Assembly: GCA_965199045.1 (NCBI GenBank)
Contig: CBDAQL010000004.1
Coordinates: 627 to 64,626 of the forward strand
DNA: 64,000 nt
Reading direction: 5' to 3'
Source of the DNA: Acidocella sp.
GTDB lineage: Bacteria; Pseudomonadota; Alphaproteobacteria; Acetobacterales; Acetobacteraceae
Under the pieces are notes generated by a model. It saw nothing but the letters and a program-made list of their open reading frames with translations. It had not been told where the DNA came from and made no database searches. Shown in pieces: positions 17,657 through 27,158 of the stretch (positions within the stretch are counted from its first letter, which is position 1; every line of letters begins with the position of its first letter). A program made the translations under genes and the position numbers.

Positions 17657-20176
17657 TTAGAGAGAGACCGCCTTATTCGCCATGAAGCGCGCCAGATAGG
17701 TTGCAGTGCGGCTGGTCGCGGCATGGGCCAGTTTTTCCGGAGGGCCGGCGGCGACGATCCCGCCGCCTTCATCGCCGGCACCGGGGCCAATATCTATCAC
17801 CCAGTCGCTGGCTGCTACGACCTGCATATCATGCTCGACAACAACAACCGTGTTGCCGGCGTGAACCAGTCCGCCAAGCTGGGCGACCAGCCGCTCCACA
17901 TCGGCCGGGTGCAGCCCGGTGGTCGGTTCATCCAGCACGTAAAGCGTGTCGCCGCGCTGTACGCGTTGCAATTCGGTGGCAAGCTTGATCCGCTGTGCTT
18001 CGCCGCCGGAAAGCTCGGTTGCGGGTTGGCCCAGACGCAGGTAGCCAAGGCCCACCTCCCGGACTACGCTCAGCGCGCGATGCAAAGCGGTTTGATCGGC
18101 AAAGAATTCGTAGGCGCCGTCCACGGTCATACTCAGCACGTCGGCGATGGTTTTGCCCCGATAACTCACTTTGAGCGTTGCGGCATTATAGCGCGCGCCA
18201 TGGCAGGTGGGGCAGGGGCTGTAGACGCTGGGCAGGAACAGCAGTTCCACCATCACGGAGCCTTCTCCGTTGCAGGTCTGGCAGCGCCCGGCGGCGACGT
18301 TGAACGAGAACCTGCCGGCGCCAAAACCCCGGGCCCGGGCCTGCCGGGTGGCAGCAAATAGTTTGCGAACATGGTCGAACAGCCCGGTATAGGTTGCAAG
18401 GTTTGAGCGCGGGGTGCGGCCGATCGGCTTCTGGTCTACCTGAACCAGGCGCTTGAGATTTTCCATGCCTCCGACGATGCGGCCGGCCGTGATTTGCGCC
18501 GGTGCCTGCTCCAGGTCCTGGCCGTCTTCTTCCGTGGCAACGCGATCGCCCAGCCGCGCCGCCACCAGCTCCACCAAAGCCTGGCTGACCAGGCTTGATT
18601 TGCCGGAGCCTGAAATCCCGGTGACGCTGGTGAGCACGCCGAGCGGAAAGTCTACGTTAAGACCTGCAAGGTTGTTGCGCGTTACGCCGGCCAGGCGCAG
18701 CCAATGCAGCGGGTCGCGCGGAGCCCGCGGCGGCACAGCTGCCGTGGGAAACAGGTAGCGGCCGGTTTGGGACGCCGCGACGGTGGCAAGGCCCGCCGGT
18801 GGCCCGCTGTACAAAATCTCACCGCCGCCTGCACCGGCCGCGGGCCCGACATCCACAAGCCAATCGGCGCGACGGATCACATCGAGATCGTGCTCGACGA
18901 CGAATAAGGAATTGCCCGCTTGTTTCAGGCGATCGAGAGCGGTGAGCAGTGCCTCCGTATCGGCCGGATGCAGGCCGGCCGAAGGCTCGTCCAGAACGTA
19001 GACAACGCCGAAGAGATTGGAATGTACCTGGGTTGCCAGCCGCAGGCGTTGCAACTCGCCGGGTGAGAGGGTGGGCGTGCTGCGATCCATCGCCAGATAG
19101 CCAAGACCGAGGTCAAGCAGAATGGCAAGCCGGGCGGTAAGATCAGCGGCAATCCGTTGCGCCGCCACCGCTTTTTCCGGATGCGCCCGTGCCATTGCCT
19201 TGGCGCCTGGCGCCGTGCCTTTCGCATAGGGCTGAAAGATGTCTACCAATTGCTTCAGCGCCAGCCCCGACATTTCCGCGATATCAAGCCCGGCGAATTT
19301 TACCGAGAGTGCTTCCAGGCGCAGACGCTTGCCGTGGCATAGCGGGCAATCTGCGCTTACCATATATTGCGCGACGCGCCGCTTCATCATCGCACTTTCG
19401 GAATTAGCGAAGGTGCCGAGCACATAGTTCCTGGCGCCGGTGAAGGTGCCCATGTACGAAGGCTCCTCCTTGCGCTTCAGGGCCCGCCGCACCTCGGCCG
19501 GCGTGAACCCGGCATAGACCGGAACGGTGGGATGCTCATCGGTGAACAGCAGCCAGTCCCGGTCCTTTTTTGCCAGATCCCGCCAGGGCCGGTCGACATC
19601 GTAGCCGAGCGTGACGGCGATGTCGCGCAGGTTCTGGCCTTGCCATGCGCTGGGCCAGGCAGCGATGGCACGCTCGCGGATCGTAAGGGTATCGTCGGGC
19701 ACCATCGAGGCTTCGGTGGCATCGTAGATGCGTCCAAGGCCGTGACATTTGGGGCAGGCGCCCTCTGGCGTGTTGGGTGAGAAGGATTCGGCGTAGAGTA
19801 ATTCCTGCCGCGGTGGATAATCACCGGTGCGCGAGTACAGCATGCGCAACAGGTTCGATAATGTGGTGACACTGCCGACCGACGAGCGCGTTGTGGGCAA
19901 ACTGCGTTGTTGCTGCAGGGCCACCGCCGGCGGCAACCCCTCGATTGCGTCAACTTCCGGCACCGCCATCTGGTCGAACAGGCGGCGGGCGTAGGGCGAG
20001 ACGGATTCCAGATACCGTCTCTGCGCCTCGGCGTAGAGCGTGCCGAAAGCCAAAGAGGACTTGCCGGAGCCAGAGACACCGGTAAAGACCACCAGCTGGT
20101 TGCGCGGAATATCGACATCGATATTTTTGAGATTGTGCTCGCGCGCGCCGCGCACATGAACGAAATCCTGCGGCAT
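17657..20176 (-). CDS. uvrA: UvrA-family ABC ATPase, short class-II (UvrA2/DrrC-like) type
   Basis: [13 protein letters not shown], two Walker A motifs ([18 protein letters not shown]), signatures LSPGELQR and LSGGEAQR, CxxC fingers. About 840 aa from ATG 20176, shorter than canonical UvrA. Confidence 0.88.
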   Translation of the reverse strand: MPQDFVHVRGAREHNLKNIDVDIPRNQLVVFTGVSGSGKSSLAFGTLYAEAQRRYLESVSPYARRLFDQMAVPEVDAIEGLPPAVALQQQRSLPTTRSSVGSVTTLSNLLRMLYSRTGDYPPRQELLYAESFSPNTPEGACPKCHGLGRIYDATEASMVPDDTLTIRERAIAAWPSAWQGQNLRDIAVTLGYDVDRPWRDLAKKDRDWLLFTDEHPTVPVYAGFTPAEVRRALKRKEEPSYMGTFTGARNYVLGTFANSESAMMKRRVAQYMVSADCPLCHGKRLRLEALSVKFAGLDIAEMSGLALKQLVDIFQPYAKGTAPGAKAMARAHPEKAVAAQRIAADLTARLAILLDLGLGYLAMDRSTPTLSPGELQRLRLATQVHSNLFGVVYVLDEPSAGLHPADTEALLTALDRLKQAGNSLFVVEHDLDVIRRADWLVDVGPAAGAGGGEILYSGPPAGLATVAASQTGRYLFPTAAVPPRAPRDPLHWLRLAGVTRNNLAGLNVDFPLGVLTSVTGISGSGKSSLVSQALVELVAARLGDRVATEEDGQDLEQAPAQITAGRIVGGMENLKRLVQVDQKPIGRTPRSNLATYTGLFDHVRKLFAATRQARARGFGAGRFSFNVAAGRCQTCNGEGSVMVELLFLPSVYSPCPTCHGARYNAATLKVSYRGKTIADVLSMTVDGAYEFFADQTALHRALSVVREVGLGYLRLGQPATELSGGEAQRIKLATELQRVQRGDTLYVLDEPTTGLHPADVERLVAQLGGLVHAGNTVVVVEHDMQVVAASDWVIDIGPGAGDEGGGIVAAGPPEKLAHAATSRTATYLARFMANKAVSL

Positions 20177-20609
20177 CTGCACGGTCACTATTGCGAAACC
20201 GGAACAACGATGTTGGGGAGGGCTGCTAAGTAACTTGCTGTCGCGGCCGCAGTTGGCAGGCAGCTTACCGTTTTCGCGCGCGTTGCAAAGCGAGGCTCCG
20301 GAAATGGCGGGTTTAAACCGATAGAATGCATACCCAGTCAAATAGGTGCACCGCGAGCAAATTGCATGCTCGCATCCCGGCGTTGCGTAAGTCAGAAGTA
20401 TCGCGGGATCTGGCCGCGTTGCGGTGTCTGGCCGGCATGTGCACCGGCACCTCGTCGATATGACACCAGCCCTCAGCCCTCGGGCGGGTCATATCATCTT
20501 GATGATCGGATGGAATCTGGCGTGGCAATGCGCGGTGGCGTGACGGGCGTCGCAAGCCGAGCGCTGCACTGCCGCCGGGCGCTTCGGCTTTGCCGAGCAG
20601 GAGCTTCGG

Positions 20610-22451
20610 CTATTCATTGCAATTCGTCGCCTCGGCCGTGATCACCTTGAATAGGTCAGCCGTGACGGGTGGGTTGAACAAATTGCCTTGGGCGATGCAG
20701 CATCCCATCGCCGCCAACATGTCGCGCTCGTTCTGTTGCTCTACGCCCTCGGCGATGACGCGCACGTCCAACTCCGCGCCGAGTTTGATAACCGCCTCGA
20801 CGATCACCCGCTTCGCCGCGCTGAACGGCAGTCCTGCCACGAAGCTGCGGTCGATCTTTATCTCGGTCAGCGGGAAGCGTTCGAGATAGCGCAGGCTGGA
20901 ATGCCCGGTTCCGAAATCGTCAATCGACAGGCCGATCCCAAGCTCGCGCAGTTGGCGGAAGATGCCCAGCATCTCCGGTGAGTCCTCGGCGAGCAGGCTT
21001 TCGGTAAGCTCAAGCGTCAGCCATGCCGGCTCAATGCCGGTCTCGTCGATGACGCGCCGTACCAGGGATGCCATCTCCTGGTGGGTAAGCTCGATTGATG
21101 ACACGTTGAACGAGAAGCCCAGAGGCCTGCTCCGGGGTCGATTGAAGTTGGCGATAAATTGGGCGACCTCCCGCAAGCCGGCGGCTCCGATGTCGAGGAT
21201 CAGGCCGGTCTCCTCGGTGAGGCCGATGAAGCGAGAGGGTGGCTGCAGGCCGAACAGCGGATGCTGCCAACGGATCAAGGCCTCGGCCCCGATGATCTTG
21301 CCGCTCGGCAAATCGACCTGCGGCTGGTAGTGGTAGATGAATGCGTCGGCGGCGAGTGCACGCTGCAACTCGGACGTCATTTGCAGCCTTTGATGCGCGG
21401 TTGTTTCCCGTTCGACGGCGAATTCGCAGGGCCGGCGCAGCAGGCTCGCTTTCGAATCCGCCAGCGCCGCGCCCGCCTGGCGTGCCAGCGTCCTTGCATC
21501 CGCGCCAGGAGCGCCGGTAGCAAAGCCGATCGCGAAACGGATGATGAGATCGGCGTCCGGCAGGGTGAACCGCGCCGCCAGGCAACGGCTCAGCCGCTCC
21601 AGAACTTCCGCCACATTGCCGGGGTTTTCGAAGGCCAGTGCGAACTGGTCGCTGCCAAGCCGGACCACCAGATCGGCGCCGAATGTTTGCAGGCGCTCGG
21701 CGGTTGCCCTTAGCAGCGCATCGCCGACATCATAGCCGTAGCCGCCGTTGATCTCGTGAAAGCGGGCAATATCGAGCTTGATGAGCAGCACCCGGCTCGA
21801 CTTCGTTCGAGCCGATAGCTGCGCGACCAGCGCGTCGCGGTTGAGGCAGCCGGTCAGCCGGTCCGTGTGCAGCATCTCCTCGAGCCTGCCGGCTGTTGCG
21901 ACCTGCTCGGTCACATCCCTAATAAAGCCGGCATAATATGTCGGCGCGGCCGCGGGGCCATGGATCGGCACCAGATGGAGGTCGTTCCAGAACATGGTTC
22001 CATCTTTGCGGTAATTGCGGAGCCGGACCTGGGTTGCGGAGCCGGCCGCCAGGGCTGCGCGCAGGGTGCCGATCTGCGGCTGCAGGCGGTCGCTGCCCTG
22101 CAAATAGCGGCAGTTTTTGCCAATTGCCTCCTCCCGCGCATAGCCGGTTATGGTCTCGAAGGCAGAGTTGACATAAATGATCGGGGCATCTGCCTGGCGA
22201 ATGTCGGCGACCAGGATGCCCTCCGGCGCGCCTGCCATCAGGTTGGACCAAATATCATCCGGGAAGATCTTTCGACGCGGCAGGCGAAAGCGGGAGATAG
22301 GCTGAAGTATAGGCTTTTTGGGATCCAAGGACTCAACTCGGTAATTGCAATGCTCGCGCGCCGAGAGATGAAAGGCTTGGTCCGCCGGCACCCGAGCAAT
22401 GCGCCGCGGAGGTTCAAGAGGCAACCGAGAAGCGGTTGCAAATCGAGCCAA
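20610..22451 (-). CDS. LOV-GGDEF(degenerate)-EAL c-di-GMP phosphodiesterase; true start uncertain
   Basis: PIIYVNSAFETITGY..EAIGKNCRYLQG, NYRKDGTMFWN; GGDEF replaced by GSDQF; EALIRW and DDFGTGHSS intact. Confidence 0.88.
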   Translation of the reverse strand: MARFATASRLPLEPPRRIARVPADQAFHLSAREHCNYRVESLDPKKPILQPISRFRLPRRKIFPDDIWSNLMAGAPEGILVADIRQADAPIIYVNSAFETITGYAREEAIGKNCRYLQGSDRLQPQIGTLRAALAAGSATQVRLRNYRKDGTMFWNDLHLVPIHGPAAAPTYYAGFIRDVTEQVATAGRLEEMLHTDRLTGCLNRDALVAQLSARTKSSRVLLIKLDIARFHEINGGYGYDVGDALLRATAERLQTFGADLVVRLGSDQFALAFENPGNVAEVLERLSRCLAARFTLPDADLIIRFAIGFATGAPGADARTLARQAGAALADSKASLLRRPCEFAVERETTAHQRLQMTSELQRALAADAFIYHYQPQVDLPSGKIIGAEALIRWQHPLFGLQPPSRFIGLTEETGLILDIGAAGLREVAQFIANFNRPRSRPLGFSFNVSSIELTHQEMASLVRRVIDETGIEPAWLTLELTESLLAEDSPEMLGIFRQLRELGIGLSIDDFGTGHSSLRYLERFPLTEIKIDRSFVAGLPFSAAKRVIVEAVIKLGAELDVRVIAEGVEQQNERDMLAAMGCCIAQGNLFNPPVTADLFKVITAEATNCNE

Positions 22452-22463
22452 AAACCGGTTGCT

Positions 22464-23534
22464 TCAGGACATTCGGTCCTGACCGCCGTTGCCGGTGCTG
22501 AGCTTGAAACGGTCACGATATTCCTTGAGTGAAATTCCGAGCCTGCGTTGGAAAGTGCGGCGCGCGGAGTCGGCGGTGCCCAATCCGCTTTGCTTTGCCA
22601 CTTGATCGAGGGCAAGCGAGGTTGCCTCAAGCAGCCGCCGCGCGGTGTCGAGGCGGACCTGCTCGATATAGACGGCGGGACTGAGACCGGTCTCCTGACG
22701 GAACACCCGGGAGAAGTTACGTGGGCTCATCGCCACGTGCCTGGCGAGCGCGCGTAGGTTTAGCGTCTCTTCGGGATGGTTGAGGATCCAATTCTGAGCG
22801 CGGGCGATCGGCGATTGTGCGGCGGCCTGGGCCGCGAGCGGCACGCTGTATTGCGATTGGCCGCCCGGCCGCTTCAGATACATGACCATGTAGCGGGCAA
22901 CTGCGACCGCGAGGGCGCGGCCGTGATCCTCCTCGATCAGCGCGAGCGCCAGATCGATGCAGGCCGAGACCCCGGCGGAGGTGAATAGCGGCCCATCACG
23001 AATGAAGATCCTGTCGGGGTCCACCCGCGACAACGGAAAGTGAGTTCTGAGTTGATCGGCGTATGACCAATGGGTCGTCACGCTGTGCCCGTCGATGAGG
23101 CCGGCGGCCCCGAGTAGAAAGGCGCCGGTGCAGACGGCGCCGTAGCGGGTTGCGGAAGCACAGCCGTGCTGCAACCAATTGATAACCGCAGCGGACGGCG
23201 TATCCGGGATCCCGTAGCTGCCTGCGACAATGAGCGTATCCGCAGCGGGCATGAGATCGTTGATCGATCGGTCCGGGATGATCTTAAGGCCGGAGGCGCA
23301 TCGAATTGTTTCGGGCCGCTCCGACACCAGCGTCATGGTGTAGAGAGTAGCGCATTTTGCCTGCGTGTTCGCCTCATTAAAGACGTCCATGACGCCGGCT
23401 ACCTCCAGCCCATGCACATCGGTTGGCACGAAGATAACAACATTCCGCGGGGCGGTGGTGACCGGCTTGGCATGGCGAGCCGTACGGGTGTCGCTTTTCC
23501 GGGACGAAGGAACAGGATTATCATCCATGGTCAT
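22464..23534 (-). CDS. GlxA-family AraC regulator (DJ-1/PfpI sensor plus AraC HTH)
   Basis: AVCTGAFLLG, TSAGVSACIDL, KRPGGQSQYS and MSPRNFSRVF. Confidence 0.92.
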   Translation of the reverse strand: MTMDDNPVPSSRKSDTRTARHAKPVTTAPRNVVIFVPTDVHGLEVAGVMDVFNEANTQAKCATLYTMTLVSERPETIRCASGLKIIPDRSINDLMPAADTLIVAGSYGIPDTPSAAVINWLQHGCASATRYGAVCTGAFLLGAAGLIDGHSVTTHWSYADQLRTHFPLSRVDPDRIFIRDGPLFTSAGVSACIDLALALIEEDHGRALAVAVARYMVMYLKRPGGQSQYSVPLAAQAAAQSPIARAQNWILNHPEETLNLRALARHVAMSPRNFSRVFRQETGLSPAVYIEQVRLDTARRLLEATSLALDQVAKQSGLGTADSARRTFQRRLGISLKEYRDRFKLSTGNGGQDRMS

Positions 23535-23951
23535 CTCCGCACACTAAAACATCGCGCATTCTAGGACGGTCGCCGGTTCATGTCATCCTGGTCCGCGATT
23601 TTCGGTGGGCGATTCAATTTTAAAACCGGGGCGGCGCTGCGATCAGCTTTCCACCTTGTAATCCGAAGATTTTGGGCTTGACCCTGTTTATTGTACACGA
23701 TAGTTGAATCCCATTCATTATAGAGGAACGATGGTCTAGCCCCTCCTTTGAATCAGCCAAGATAAGCCACTGCTCGGAGCTGGCGGGCGGGAAGAATTTC
23801 GATTGCGACAGTTGCCTCAAACACGTTGCCTGCTCAACGCGTGACTGGACCTGCCGGATTTTATGCGCGGCGACGGACTGAACAGCTTACAAAAAAATCA
23901 ACCATGGCGGCCAAGCCCATGGATAATAATGGATAATAATCGGAGGCGGAG

Positions 23952-24719
23952 ATGCAGCGTTTTGAGAATAAGATCGTTCTCGTGACCGGAGCCGGCGAGG
24001 GCATCGGCCAGCTCACGGCCGCCGAGTTCGTGAAGGAAGGTGCTACCGTTATCGTCTCTGACCGTAACCAGGCCACCGGGGCTGCCACCGCGGCGCGGCT
24101 TCGAGATGAGGGCAGTCCGGACACGATATTCATCAAGGCCGACGTTTCGCGCGAAGCCGATATGACGGCGCTTTTCGAGCAGATCAGGCAGCGTTTTCCG
24201 CGCCTGGATATCGCCATCAACAATGCCGGCGTCGAAGGCGAAGTCGGGCAGATCGACGAACAGACCAACGCCAATTTTGAACATGTGATGGGTGTCAATG
24301 TGCTCGGCACGTTTTTGAGCATGCGCGAAGAGGTAAGAATGATGAAAGCGCAAGGTGCGGGCATCATTGTCAATTTCGCCTCGATCGCCGCGCATGTGGG
24401 GTTTGCCGGGCTGACGCTTTATACGGCATCGAAAGCCGCGATCCTGGCGATGACGAAATCGGCGGCGTTGGAGGTTGCCCGCAGCGGCATACGCATTTGC
24501 TCGATCAGCCCCGGACTTGTCGATACGCAGATGGCAGAGCGTTTCTTCGGGGGTGACGAGGCCGGACGCCGGGCGATGCTCGAGGGCCTGCCGCTCGGCC
24601 GCATCTGCACGCCACTCGAGATTGCGCGCACAACGCTGTTCCTGGCCTCCGAGGATGCGAGCCTGATAGTCGGCCAGAGCATCAATGCCGATGGCGGCTG
24701 GGCCTACGTGAAATCGTAA
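23952..24719 (+). CDS. Classical SDR oxidoreductase
   Basis: TGAGEGIG, NNAG and YTASK; GGAGG RBS upstream. Confidence 0.92.
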   Translation: MQRFENKIVLVTGAGEGIGQLTAAEFVKEGATVIVSDRNQATGAATAARLRDEGSPDTIFIKADVSREADMTALFEQIRQRFPRLDIAINNAGVEGEVGQIDEQTNANFEHVMGVNVLGTFLSMREEVRMMKAQGAGIIVNFASIAAHVGFAGLTLYTASKAAILAMTKSAALEVARSGIRICSISPGLVDTQMAERFFGGDEAGRRAMLEGLPLGRICTPLEIARTTLFLASEDASLIVGQSINADGGWAYVKS

Positions 24720-24780
24720 ACGCCAGAGTTGGTTCGAGGCTCGTGCAATGCGGGTTTAAGCAGGTTTTAAGGGGAAAATC

Positions 24781-25047
24781 ATGGCATCGTCTCCACCATC
24801 CATTGCTCCGGGCATCACGCAGGTGCGCCAACCGGTAACCGAAGCGCAGCTGCTGGCGTTGGGGATCGACCTCAAGCGCGATCATCCCGGCGCCGACATC
24901 GCTGATTTCCGGCAATATCCGGTACTGGCGGAAGGCGGCTGGTTCATCGTCATCAAGAACCAGCGCACGCTGCAGTCGATTAGCCGAAAGCCTTGGCGCC
25001 TGCTGGGACCGATCGAATTGCTATCGAACGGTCTGGATATCGCCTAG
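24781..25047 (+). CDS. Small hypothetical protein (88 aa) in the SDR-hydantoinase operon
   Basis: AGGGGA RBS upstream; fills the gap between co-oriented genes; no family recognised. Confidence 0.6.
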   Translation: MASSPPSIAPGITQVRQPVTEAQLLALGIDLKRDHPGADIADFRQYPVLAEGGWFIVIKNQRTLQSISRKPWRLLGPIELLSNGLDIA

Positions 25048-25109
25048 CTGCGGGAGAGCCTAAAGGCGCTCGCGTTTATTATGCGAAAAAAACATTCGGG
25101 GGAAAAAAA

Positions 25110-27158
25110 TTGTTGATCGGTGTTGATGTTGGCGGGACGTTTACCGATGTGGTCGCGATCGCGGACGGCGAAATCCGTACCGTCAAGGTCTCGACCGATG
25201 TGCGCAATACCGAGCGTGGGGTGCTGGAGGGTGCGCGCGAGGCTGGTGTGCGGGACGCCGTCGTCTTCAATCACGCCTCGACGCACGGGCTCAATGCCGT
25301 CATCACCCGGCGGCTGCCGAAGATCGCCTTTCTGACAACCGAAGGTCATCGCGACATCCTGGATGCCGGCCGTACCTGGCGCCCGCCCGCCGATCTCACC
25401 AATCCGCATTGGCGCCGGCCGTTCGGCGACGCCGCGAAACCGCTGGTGCCGCGTTATCTGCGCCGCGGCATCCATGAGCGGATCATGGCAGATGGCGGCG
25501 TGCTGCTGGCGCTCGATGAGGCGCAGGCGCGGGCGCAGATCGCGGTGCTACGCAAATGCAATGTCGAGGGCGTCGCGATCTGCCTGCTCAACGCCTATGT
25601 CAGCCGCCGGCATGAGGAGCGGCTGCGCGAAATCGTGCAAGAGGAACTGGGCGACATCGCCTGCTCGATCTCGAGCGAAGTATCGCCGTTGGCGAAAGAA
25701 TATGCCCGCGCCTCGACCACGGTCATCGATGTGTTCATGAAGCTGATCTACGGCGCTTACACCGGCCGGCTGGATGCCGGCTTGCGGGAACTTGGTTTCA
25801 AGGGTCAGCTCAACTACGCCAACTGTGCAGCACAGCTGATGGCGTCGGATGCGGCGATGCAGCGGCCATTTGAAATCGTCTTCGCCGGCCCGGCGGCGGG
25901 CACCATCGCCGCCGCCCATTTCGGCGGGCTGATCGGAACCGGTAATCTGCTATGTGCCGATGTCGGCGGCACTTCCTGCGACATCAGCCTGGTCAGCAAC
26001 TTCAAGCCGTATGTCAACACGACGTTCGAGCTCGAGCACGACCTGGTCGTCAATGCGCTGTCGATCGAGGTGTCCTCGATCGGCGCCGGCGGCGGCAGTC
26101 TGGTTACGATCAGCCCGGCGGGCGAATTGCAGGTGGGCCCTGGCAGTGCCGGCGCTGACCCGGGGCCGGCCTGCTATGGCAAGGGCGGCACACAGCCGGC
26201 GGCGACCGATACCTGCCTGCTGATGGGCGTGATCGACCCGGATGGGTTTGCCGGCGGACGGATGAAGCTCGACCGGGCGCTGGCGCTGCGGGCTTTCGAA
26301 GGCCTGGACACGAAACTCTCACTCGATGACCGGATCCGCTACGCTTTCAATGTCGGCGTCAACAACATCGCCGAGGGGCTGGCCAACGTGGCCATCCAGC
26401 ACGGCATCGACCCGCGTGACTACAGCCTGGTGGCGTTCGGCGCCGCCGGGCCGATGCTGCTGCCGGCGGTGCTCGACCGGCTGCACGCCGCCGAGGTGAT
26501 CGTGCCGCCGTATCCCGGCCTGTTTTCAGCCCTCGGGCTGGTCAGTTCGGAGCAGACCTACAGCGACAGCCGCAGCGCCTATCGCATTCTCACGCCCGAT
26601 GCCGCCGCCGAAATCGATGCAGTTTTCCAGGAGATGGAAGCCGGCCTGCGCCGCCGCTTCGCCGACCGCCATGCAAAGCCGAGCTTTGCGCGATCCTTCG
26701 ACGGCCGGCTGCTGGGGCAAAGCTGGGAGACGCCGTTTGTGCCGATCCCGCCCGGGCCGATCACCGCGGCGGGCATTGAGGTGATGATCGCCAATTTTCA
26801 CGACGTTTACGAGCGCCGCTCGGGAAATCGGTTTCCGGCGATGCCGGTTCAGGGTGTCACCTACCGGGTGGAGACCACGATTCCGACAGCCAAGGTCGAG
26901 TATCCGAAATTACCCCGGCGCGGCGCGGGCCAGCCGGCGCCGGCCCGGATGATCGAACTGCACTATCTCGCCAGCCAGCCGATTGCAGCCGCGGAATACC
27001 GGCGCGAAGAGCTGTTATACGGCGATGTTATCGCCGGGCCGGCAATCATCCGGGAGGCGGCGTCCACCACCTTCATGCTGCCGAAGCAGGTGATGGCAGT
27101 GGGCGAATATGGCGAACTTCGGATCCGGCGTGCGGCCGGCGAAAGGACGGCGCCATGA
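25110..27158 (+). CDS. Hydantoinase/oxoprolinase subunit A (ATP-binding)
   Basis: IGVDVGGTFTD, FAGPAAG, DVGGTSCD and VGPGSAGADPGPACYG. Start refined to TTG 25110 after a GGGGGA RBS. Confidence 0.92.
   Translation: MLIGVDVGGTFTDVVAIADGEIRTVKVSTDVRNTERGVLEGAREAGVRDAVVFNHASTHGLNAVITRRLPKIAFLTTEGHRDILDAGRTWRPPADLTNPHWRRPFGDAAKPLVPRYLRRGIHERIMADGGVLLALDEAQARAQIAVLRKCNVEGVAICLLNAYVSRRHEERLREIVQEELGDIACSISSEVSPLAKEYARASTTVIDVFMKLIYGAYTGRLDAGLRELGFKGQLNYANCAAQLMASDAAMQRPFEIVFAGPAAGTIAAAHFGGLIGTGNLLCADVGGTSCDISLVSNFKPYVNTTFELEHDLVVNALSIEVSSIGAGGGSLVTISPAGELQVGPGSAGADPGPACYGKGGTQPAATDTCLLMGVIDPDGFAGGRMKLDRALALRAFEGLDTKLSLDDRIRYAFNVGVNNIAEGLANVAIQHGIDPRDYSLVAFGAAGPMLLPAVLDRLHAAEVIVPPYPGLFSALGLVSSEQTYSDSRSAYRILTPDAAAEIDAVFQEMEAGLRRRFADRHAKPSFARSFDGRLLGQSWETPFVPIPPGPITAAGIEVMIANFHDVYERRSGNRFPAMPVQGVTYRVETTIPTAKVEYPKLPRRGAGQPAPARMIELHYLASQPIAAAEYRREELLYGDVIAGPAIIREAASTTFMLPKQVMAVGEYGELRIRRAAGERTAP

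Noticed and set aside
23919-23940. GGATAATAAT x2 directly before the SDR RBS
   Set aside because: Real but only a 10-bp low-complexity duplication with no supporting evidence of function.
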